Assembly (NCBI GenBank): GCA_918234285.1
Contig: CAKJXZ020000014.1
Location: 1-64,000 of the forward strand
DNA from: Pseudomonadota bacterium
Lineage (GTDB): Bacteria > Pseudomonadota > Alphaproteobacteria > RF32 > CAG-239
Direction: 5' to 3'
Length of the DNA: 64,000 nt
Within the stretch, counting starts at the first letter, position 1, and each line of letters starts with the position of its first letter. Made by a program: the position numbers and the translations under genes. Below are positions 57,349 through 64,000 of this stretch, piece by piece. Under the pieces are notes generated by a model that did no database searches, was not told where the DNA came from, and saw only the letters and a list, made by a program, of their open reading frames with translations.

Positions 57349-57819
57349 ATGAGAAAATTGTTGATTGCGGGTATGTCCCTGATTTTAAGCGGTTGTGCCG
57401 GGTTGTTCAACGGTCCGGATTGCCGTTTATCCGAGGATGAATACGTTTCTAAAATTGCCGAGGCAAGATTGGAGGGAGTTGTTCATTTTGATGACGGTAA
57501 AGCCGATTTGAAGAAAAATGATTTACAGATTATCCGCGATGTTGCCGCCAAAACGACCGACGATGCGATATTGGTTGTTTACGGACATGCTTCGCACCGC
57601 ACTCGCACCAAAGATCCGATACAGCGGATTTTGGTAAATATCGATATTTCCAATGAACGAGCCGTCAATACGGCAAAAGCTCTGGCAGCGGCCGGTGTTC
57701 CTGCCGATAAAATAAGCACTATTGCCATGTTCGACAGTCGGCCGGTCAAAAAGGAAGTTACCCGTGCCGATGAAGCAGCCAATCGTCGTGCGGAAATTTA
57801 TTTGTATCGGCTTAAATAA
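57349..57819 (+). CDS. OmpA-family peptidoglycan-binding lipoprotein
   Basis: LSGC lipobox; VHFD, YGHAS, ISNERA, ANRRAEI. Confidence 0.85.
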   Translation: MRKLLIAGMSLILSGCAGLFNGPDCRLSEDEYVSKIAEARLEGVVHFDDGKADLKKNDLQIIRDVAAKTTDDAILVVYGHASHRTRTKDPIQRILVNIDISNERAVNTAKALAAAGVPADKISTIAMFDSRPVKKEVTRADEAANRRAEIYLYRLK

Positions 57820-59573
57820 TGCAAAATAACATTTCTTTGGGCGGAAATATATGGAACGAGCCGGCAACGGACGATAAGCTTTGTCATCATATGTCCGAAG
57901 TTTGCGAGGTTCCGCTTTCTATTGCGCAAATTTTGTGTCTGCGCGGTATTGCCGCCGAAGAAGCCGATAATTTTCTGCACCCGAAAATTCAGAAATTGAT
58001 GCCGGAGCCGACGGTATTGAAAGACATGCAAAAAGCGGCCGAGCGGATTGCCGCGGCGGTGGAAAAGCACGAGCAGATAGCGATAATCGGCGATTATGAC
58101 GTTGACGGAGCTACTTCCACTTCTATTTTAACCCGTTTTTTTCGTCAGGTCGGGATTGAGCCGCTTATCCATATTCCGAGTCGGGAAGAAGGCTACGGGC
58201 CGAGTGATGTCGCATTTAAGGAATTTGCCGACGGCAAGGCGAGTTTGGTTATTACCATAGATTGCGGCACTACGGCATTTGAAGTGTTGAATCGGGCTGC
58301 CGAAAAATTTGATATCATTATTATAGATCACCACGAGGCCGAGCCGATTTTGCCCAAAGTGTATGCGGTGGTAAATCCGAAACGTTTGGACGAAGACAAT
58401 CCGTACACCTATTTGCAATACATGTCGGCCGTGGGTGTGGGGTTTATGGTGTTGGTAGCGGTGAACAGGTTGTTGCGCTTGCACGGCTTTTATCAAAATC
58501 GAGAAGAACCGGATTTGTTGCAACTGTTGGATTTGGTGGCTTTGGGGACGGTATGCGACGTAGTGCCGTTGCTCGGTCTCAATCGGGCTTATGTGCGGCA
58601 AGGACTGAAAGTAATGCACAGAATGCAAAATATCGGGTTGCGGCAACTGATGAAGGTTTTGAATTTGCAGGAAGCGCCGACGGCGTATCATCTCGGTTTT
58701 GCTATCGGGCCGCGGATTAATGCCTGCGGTCGGGTGGGCGATGCGCGGCTCGGAAGCCGTTTATTGTGTTCGGAAAGCGAAGAAGAAGCGCAGATGCTGG
58801 CCGAACAATTCAATCAGTTTAATTTTGAGCGTAAAGAGATAGAAAATTTTGTTTTTCTGAATGCAATCGAACAAATTGAAGGCACGCCGCAAGAATATCC
58901 GATGGTGTTTGTTTACGGACACGATTGGCACCAAGGTGTTATCGGCATTGTGGCCGGAAAATTGCGCGAGCGTTACAATGTTCCGGCATTTGTAATGTCG
59001 GTGGAAGCTGATGAAGTAAAGGGTTCGGCCCGTTCTACCGAAGGGATTGATTTAGGTGCGCTGATTCTTTCGGCCAAAGAAAAGGGAGTTATCAGCAGCG
59101 GCGGCGGACATATTATGGCAGCCGGTTTTTCTCTGAGTGAAGAACAGATACCGGAATTCAGAAAATTCGCCGGTGAATATATTTTGTCGCGGCTCGGCAG
59201 CGAAAAAATCGTGCCGGTGCTGAATATTGATGCGATAGTCAGTCCGAGCGCGGTCAACGAACAATTTGCCGAGGAGTTACAACTGCTTGAACCTTATGGT
59301 ACCGGTAATCCCGAACCGCAGATAATGTTACGGGATGTGCGTTTCGGTTGGGCGCAGATTGTGGGTAGCGGTCATGTTAAGTGCACGTTGTTGTCGGCAG
59401 CGGGTAATAGAGTTCCGGCGATTGCTTTTCGGGCTGCCGATAATGCCATCGGGCAGGCAATATTGCAAAACAGCGGCGAAGTGTTCGACGTGGTGGGATA
59501 TGTGCGCTGCGACAGCTGGCAGGGACGTAAACGCGTACAAATGTTAATTAACGATATAAAGAGGAAGTCATGA
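57819..59573 (+). CDS. recJ: ssDNA exonuclease RecJ
   Basis: GDYDVDG, EGYG, DCG, DHH, GTVCDVVPL, GPRINA.GR, GSARS, GGH.MAAG. Confidence 0.96.
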   Translation: MQNNISLGGNIWNEPATDDKLCHHMSEVCEVPLSIAQILCLRGIAAEEADNFLHPKIQKLMPEPTVLKDMQKAAERIAAAVEKHEQIAIIGDYDVDGATSTSILTRFFRQVGIEPLIHIPSREEGYGPSDVAFKEFADGKASLVITIDCGTTAFEVLNRAAEKFDIIIIDHHEAEPILPKVYAVVNPKRLDEDNPYTYLQYMSAVGVGFMVLVAVNRLLRLHGFYQNREEPDLLQLLDLVALGTVCDVVPLLGLNRAYVRQGLKVMHRMQNIGLRQLMKVLNLQEAPTAYHLGFAIGPRINACGRVGDARLGSRLLCSESEEEAQMLAEQFNQFNFERKEIENFVFLNAIEQIEGTPQEYPMVFVYGHDWHQGVIGIVAGKLRERYNVPAFVMSVEADEVKGSARSTEGIDLGALILSAKEKGVISSGGGHIMAAGFSLSEEQIPEFRKFAGEYILSRLGSEKIVPVLNIDAIVSPSAVNEQFAEELQLLEPYGTGNPEPQIMLRDVRFGWAQIVGSGHVKCTLLSAAGNRVPAIAFRAADNAIGQAILQNSGEVFDVVGYVRCDSWQGRKRVQMLINDIKRKS

Positions 59574-60223
59574 AACAGGAAAACAAAACGGAAAATACGT
59601 TTTTTCGTAAATTGAAAAACTACTTTTTTACCGGTGTGATTGTGGCGGCACCGGTGGCGATTACGATATATATGTCGTATCACCTGGTGATATGGATAAA
59701 CGAGGTAACCAAAAAGCTGATACCGCAGCAATGGAAAATCGGCGATTTTGTGCCGTATGCCGTGCCGGGGTTGGGCTTATTGTTGCTGATTTTGCTGTTG
59801 TTGTTTATCGGTATGCTCACTACCGGCTATATCGGTAAGTTTTTTGTGCGCCTGTGGGAAAAGATTATCCGCAAAATGCCGGTGATTTCAAGCATATATT
59901 CGTTGTTGAAACAAATTTTCGAAACGTTTTTATCGCAAAAATCCCGCTCGTTTAACGAGGTGGTGTTGGTGGAATATCCGCGCAAAGGACTGTGGTCGAT
60001 TGCATTTGTCAGCAACAACGAAACCGGTGGCGAAATTGATGCCAATACCAAGCAAAAGACTTTGAGTATTTTTGTGCCGACGACGCCGAACCCGACTTCC
60101 GGATTTTTGATTTTTGTGCCGGAAAATGATGTGATTAAACTCAATATGAGTGTTGAAGACGGCATTAAATATGTGATATCATGCGGCATCGTCACGCCGG
60201 ATATGAAAGATAACGAAGAATAA
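59570..60223 (+). CDS. DUF502 family membrane protein
   Basis: Two TM helices; VVLVEYPRKG, FVPTTPNPTSGF. Confidence 0.9.
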   Translation: MKQENKTENTFFRKLKNYFFTGVIVAAPVAITIYMSYHLVIWINEVTKKLIPQQWKIGDFVPYAVPGLGLLLLILLLLFIGMLTTGYIGKFFVRLWEKIIRKMPVISSIYSLLKQIFETFLSQKSRSFNEVVLVEYPRKGLWSIAFVSNNETGGEIDANTKQKTLSIFVPTTPNPTSGFLIFVPENDVIKLNMSVEDGIKYVISCGIVTPDMKDNEE

Positions 60224-60234
60224 GGAAAACGAAT

Positions 60235-60786
60235 ATGAGAACTAAGCTTTTATCAACTGTTGTGTTGCTCGGATGCTGTCTCGGTTGGCAGGCAGAAGCC
60301 GGATGGTGGGCAGACAGCTATAATTTTTTGAAAACCGATATCAAAGAAATTTGGAACGAGCATGATTATGATTTGTTTGTACCATTTTATGCTTGGCATA
60401 ATCGTCTGACTTATGACCGTGAACATTTGGACAGATATAACGAGTATCCGTGGGGCGCCGGTTTGGGTATTTCGCATATTAACGACGAAGGAACGTGGTC
60501 GGGCTTGTATGCTTTGGGCTTTAAGGATTCCAACTCGTATTTTGAAACATACTTCGGTTATGCCCGCCAGTGGAACTGGTTCGCCGGTTCGGAAAATCAG
60601 TGGCACGCCGGTGTAGGCTATACTTTGGGTTTGACACAACGTCATGAGTATCATTATATTCCGGTGCCGTTGCCGTTGCCGTTGGTGGGTGCGGGATATC
60701 GCAATATTGAAGTGCACGGGGCATATATTCCGGGTGTTAAAAACGACGGAAACGTGTTCTTTATGTTTGCCCGTTTACATATATAG
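60235..60786 (+). CDS. pagP: Lipid A palmitoyltransferase PagP
   Basis: Signal peptide; WHNR..YD..YNE.PWG.G.G, FKDS, P.PLPL, YIPG..N.GNV.F. Confidence 0.88.
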   Translation: MRTKLLSTVVLLGCCLGWQAEAGWWADSYNFLKTDIKEIWNEHDYDLFVPFYAWHNRLTYDREHLDRYNEYPWGAGLGISHINDEGTWSGLYALGFKDSNSYFETYFGYARQWNWFAGSENQWHAGVGYTLGLTQRHEYHYIPVPLPLPLVGAGYRNIEVHGAYIPGVKNDGNVFFMFARLHI

Positions 60787-60789
60787 GAG

Positions 60790-61641
60790 ATGAAGATGGA
60801 GCAGAAAATTATTCAAGTCGGAAAGGTGGCACTCGGCAATAGGTTGCCTCTGGCGCTTATATCGGGACCGTGTCAGATTGAGAGCCGTGAACACGCGATT
60901 TTTATTGCCGGTTCGTTGGTGGAAATTACGCAAAAATTGGGGTTGCCGTATATTTTTAAGGCTTCGTTTGATAAAGCCAACCGTACCTCAATCAACAGTG
61001 CTCGCGGCGTAGGGTTGGAAGAAGGAATGAAAACGTTTGAGCAAATTCGTAAGCTGTATCCGGATTTGCCGATTTTGACCGATATTCACGAAGTATGGCA
61101 GTGCGCCGAAGTGGCAAAATATGTTGATGTGCTGCAAATTCCGGCATTTTTGTGTCGGCAGACCGATTTGGTGGTGGCGGCGGCCAAAACCGGTAAGGTG
61201 GTCAATATCAAAAAAGGACAGTTTTTGGCGCCGTGGGACGTGAAAAATATCGTAAAGAAGGTCGAAGATTCCGGAAATCATAATATTTGCATTACCGAGC
61301 GCGGCACCAGTTTCGGCTATAATACGCTGGTTACGGATATGCGGGCATTTCCGCAAATGGCAAAAGATACCGGTTATCCGCTGATTTTTGACGCTACGCA
61401 CTCGGTGCAACAGCCGGGAGGATTGGGCGGAACTACCGGCGGACAGCGTGAATTTGCGCCGGTGTTGGCACGAGCGGCGGTGGCCGTGGGTGTGGCCGGC
61501 GTGTTTATCGAAACGCACGAAAATCCGGATAAGGCACTCTCCGATGGTCCGAACTCTATCAAATTGAGCGATATGGAACGGGTGCTGACCGAGTTGATGG
61601 CATTTGATAAAGTCAATAAAACTTTGATAAAAGAATATTAA
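60790..61641 (+). CDS. kdsA: KDO-8-phosphate synthase
   Basis: GPCQIES, KASFDKANRTS, QIPAFLCRQTD, KKGQF, DATHSVQ.PG, SDGP. Confidence 0.96.
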   Translation: MKMEQKIIQVGKVALGNRLPLALISGPCQIESREHAIFIAGSLVEITQKLGLPYIFKASFDKANRTSINSARGVGLEEGMKTFEQIRKLYPDLPILTDIHEVWQCAEVAKYVDVLQIPAFLCRQTDLVVAAAKTGKVVNIKKGQFLAPWDVKNIVKKVEDSGNHNICITERGTSFGYNTLVTDMRAFPQMAKDTGYPLIFDATHSVQQPGGLGGTTGGQREFAPVLARAAVAVGVAGVFIETHENPDKALSDGPNSIKLSDMERVLTELMAFDKVNKTLIKEY

Positions 61642-61690
61642 GAATTTTGTGCTATAAACGGGACAACAGGGTTTTATTGACAGGTAGAAT

Positions 61691-62419
61691 ATGCAATTCA
61701 GCGGCGAAGGATATATCATTAAAATCAGAAAACACGGCGAACAATCAGCGATTGTGACGCTTGTTTGTCCGCATAAAGGCAAAATCATCGGTTATGTTAA
61801 GGGTGCACTCAATAAACGCGGGCTGGGAGTTTTTCAAATCGGTAATTACATTTCATTCAATGCTTATGCCAGAGTGGAAGAAAATATGTTAAGCCTGCAC
61901 GGAGTGGAGTTGGTGCATTCGCACGCAGCCGATTTTGTGCTGAATGAAGATAAAATTGAAGCGCTAGTCTCGTTGTGCCGATTGTTGGATGAGTGTGTGG
62001 CACAAAACGACGATTTGGGTTCTTTTTATGGCGCGGTTGATGATTTTTTCTGCCACATTAACGATGATAACTGGCTGGCGTATTATTCGTTTTTTGAGTT
62101 TTATTTGCTGGATTTTCTGGGCATCGGTCTGGATATCAAAGAATGTGCGGTTACCGGCAAACATACGGATTTGCTATACGTTTCGCCGAAAACCGGACGT
62201 GCGGTATGTGCCGAAGTCGGGGCGCCGTATAAGGATAAATTGTTTGCTTATCCACAGTATATAGCCGAGAAAAATTATCGCCCGCAACACAAGGAAATTA
62301 CTGATGTTTTGGCAATGACCGGCAGCTTTTTGCAAAAGAATTTTTTAGCACAGCACAACTTGCAATTACCGGAAAATCGTGTTAATCTGCTGAAATTCGG
62401 GAAAATGTATAAACTTTAA
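61691..62419 (+). CDS. recO: DNA repair protein RecO
   Basis: RKHGE..AIV, G.GLD..CAVTG, YVSPKTGRAV. Confidence 0.92.
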   Translation: MQFSGEGYIIKIRKHGEQSAIVTLVCPHKGKIIGYVKGALNKRGLGVFQIGNYISFNAYARVEENMLSLHGVELVHSHAADFVLNEDKIEALVSLCRLLDECVAQNDDLGSFYGAVDDFFCHINDDNWLAYYSFFEFYLLDFLGIGLDIKECAVTGKHTDLLYVSPKTGRAVCAEVGAPYKDKLFAYPQYIAEKNYRPQHKEITDVLAMTGSFLQKNFLAQHNLQLPENRVNLLKFGKMYKL

Positions 62420-62428
62420 GGTGAAATA

Positions 62429-64000
62429 ATGGTTGATGAAGCGCAAAAAATAAAAGACGTACAGTTCGGAGAAGAATTGAGTAAACGCTATTTGTCGTAT
62501 GCAATGTCGACCATTGTATCGCGCTCGTTGCCTGATGTGCGCGACGGGTTGAAACCGGTACATCGGCGCCTGATGTATGCCATGCGGCAGTTACATTTGG
62601 ACCCGAAAAACAGTTTTAAAAAATGTGCCCGCGTGGTCGGTGATGTCATCGGTAAATATCATCCGCACGGCGACAGCGCAGTATATGGCGCCATGGTGCG
62701 TTTGGCTCAGGATTTTTCGGTGCGCTATCCGCTGGTAGACGGGCAGGGTAACTTCGGTAACGTTGACGGCGACGGTGCCGCGGCTATGCGTTATACCGAG
62801 GCGCGCTTGACCGAATTTGCCATGGATTTGATGGACGGATTGAACTCCGATGCGGTTGACTTTACCGATACTTATGACGGCGAGGACAGCGAACCGGTGG
62901 TAATGCCGGCGATGGTGCCGAATTTATTGTGCAACGGCTCGATGGGTATTGCCGTGGGTATGGCTACCAATATTCCGCCGCATAATTTAAGCGAACTCAG
63001 CGATGCGTTGCTGTTGATGATCGATAATCCGGATTGCAGTGACGAAGCGGTGGTGCGCAAGGTACAGGGACCGGATTTTCCGACCGGCGGTATGTTGGTT
63101 GATTCGTTTGAGACGATTTTGAATAACTATAAGCAAGGTAAAGGGAATTTCCGTATTCGCGCCAAGTGGACAACCGAAGATTTGGGGCATGGACAATATC
63201 AAATTGTGGTGACCGAGATTCCGTATCAGGTAATAAAATCAAAGCTGATTGAAAAGATTGCCGAGTTGCTGTTGAATAAAAAGTTGCCGCTGTTGAACGA
63301 TATCAGAGATGAATCGGCGCAAGATGTCCGCATTGTATTGGAGCCGAAAAATCGTACGGTGGATGCGGCGGTATTGATGGAACAGTTGTATCGGCAGACC
63401 GATATGGAAGCCAAGTTCAATATGAATATGAATGTGCTCGATTTGGACGGGGTGCCGCGGGTGATGAGTTTGAAGCAGGTTTTGCACGATTATCTGGTTC
63501 ATAGAAATAACGTTTTTTTACGTAAAATCAATTTCAGATTAAATAAAATTAATGCAAGACTTGAAATTCTTGAAGGCTATTTAATCGCTTATCTCAACTT
63601 GGATGAAGTAATCAGAATCATTCGGCAGGAAGACGAGCCGAAAGCGGTGTTGATGCAGACGTTTAAGCTGACAGATAACCAGGCCGAGGCGATTTTGAAT
63701 ATGAAATTGCGCAATTTGCGCAAACTCGACGAGGAAGAAATCAAGGCCGAGCATACCGATTTGCTGGCGGAAAAGGCAGGGCTCGAGGTGTTAGTCGGCG
63801 ATGAAGCCAAGCGTTGGGCCGCGATTGCCGAAGAAATCAAACGCATTAAGGAAAAATACAGCAAGAAAACTGCGTTGGGACGGCGGCGTACGGAGATTGC
63901 CGAACCGCCGGCGGAAATTGAATTTACCCCGGAAGTGTGGATTGAAAAAGAGCCGATAACCGTTATTTTGTCGCAAAAAGGTTGGATACGTTGTCTCAAA
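62429..64000 (+). CDS. parC: DNA topoisomerase IV subunit A, 3'-truncated by the window edge (absent from the ORF track)
   Basis: ATG 62429: [47 protein letters not shown]...[19 protein letters not shown]...[10 protein letters not shown]; alpha-type ParC pattern and recO-parC adjacency. Confidence 0.88.
   Translation, partial: MVDEAQKIKDVQFGEELSKRYLSYAMSTIVSRSLPDVRDGLKPVHRRLMYAMRQLHLDPKNSFKKCARVVGDVIGKYHPHGDSAVYGAMVRLAQDFSVRYPLVDGQGNFGNVDGDGAAAMRYTEARLTEFAMDLMDGLNSDAVDFTDTYDGEDSEPVVMPAMVPNLLCNGSMGIAVGMATNIPPHNLSELSDALLLMIDNPDCSDEAVVRKVQGPDFPTGGMLVDSFETILNNYKQGKGNFRIRAKWTTEDLGHGQYQIVVTEIPYQVIKSKLIEKIAELLLNKKLPLLNDIRDESAQDVRIVLEPKNRTVDAAVLMEQLYRQTDMEAKFNMNMNVLDLDGVPRVMSLKQVLHDYLVHRNNVFLRKINFRLNKINARLEILEGYLIAYLNLDEVIRIIRQEDEPKAVLMQTFKLTDNQAEAILNMKLRNLRKLDEEEIKAEHTDLLAEKAGLEVLVGDEAKRWAAIAEEIKRIKEKYSKKTALGRRRTEIAEPPAEIEFTPEVWIEKEPITVILSQKGWIRCLK

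Overview
Chromosomal segment of a Gram-negative bacterium, most likely an alphaproteobacterium (inferred from the hfq-hflX and ihfA-merR gene pairs, alpha-type parC/recO and an RpoH-type promoter at clpB; possibly host-associated). Housekeeping genes (gpsA, clpB, nagB, slyX, Lon-like protease, ihfA, hflX, hfq, murG, cobB, tsaC/sua5, pepA, recJ, pagP, kdsA, recO, parC) are interleaved with many orphan genes. I found no rRNA, tRNA, CRISPR array, integrase or transposase. Highlights: (1) two covarying copies of an RNA motif (bulged hairpin with an identical CAGGGCUUA loop plus a downstream RAGCC pairing partner, and a switch-like expression platform) in front of a four-gene NAD salvage operon, a candidate NAD-pathway riboswitch that I do not recognise; (2) a 15-kb operon of MoxR-like AAA+ ATPase, HExxH/vWA protein, histidine phosphatase, two giant paralogues and a degenerate HipA; (3) two paralogous proteins with internal HNH motifs, one followed by a SUKH/SMI1-type immunity gene; (4) a basic C-terminal motif shared by unrelated orphan proteins, a possible secretion signal; (5) several ORF-less structured units (candidate ncRNAs), nested GTCAT...ATGAC palindromic elements, and a class of SD-less monocistronic orphan genes with near-consensus promoters. 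All assignments come from reading motifs by eye; no searches or folding programs were run.
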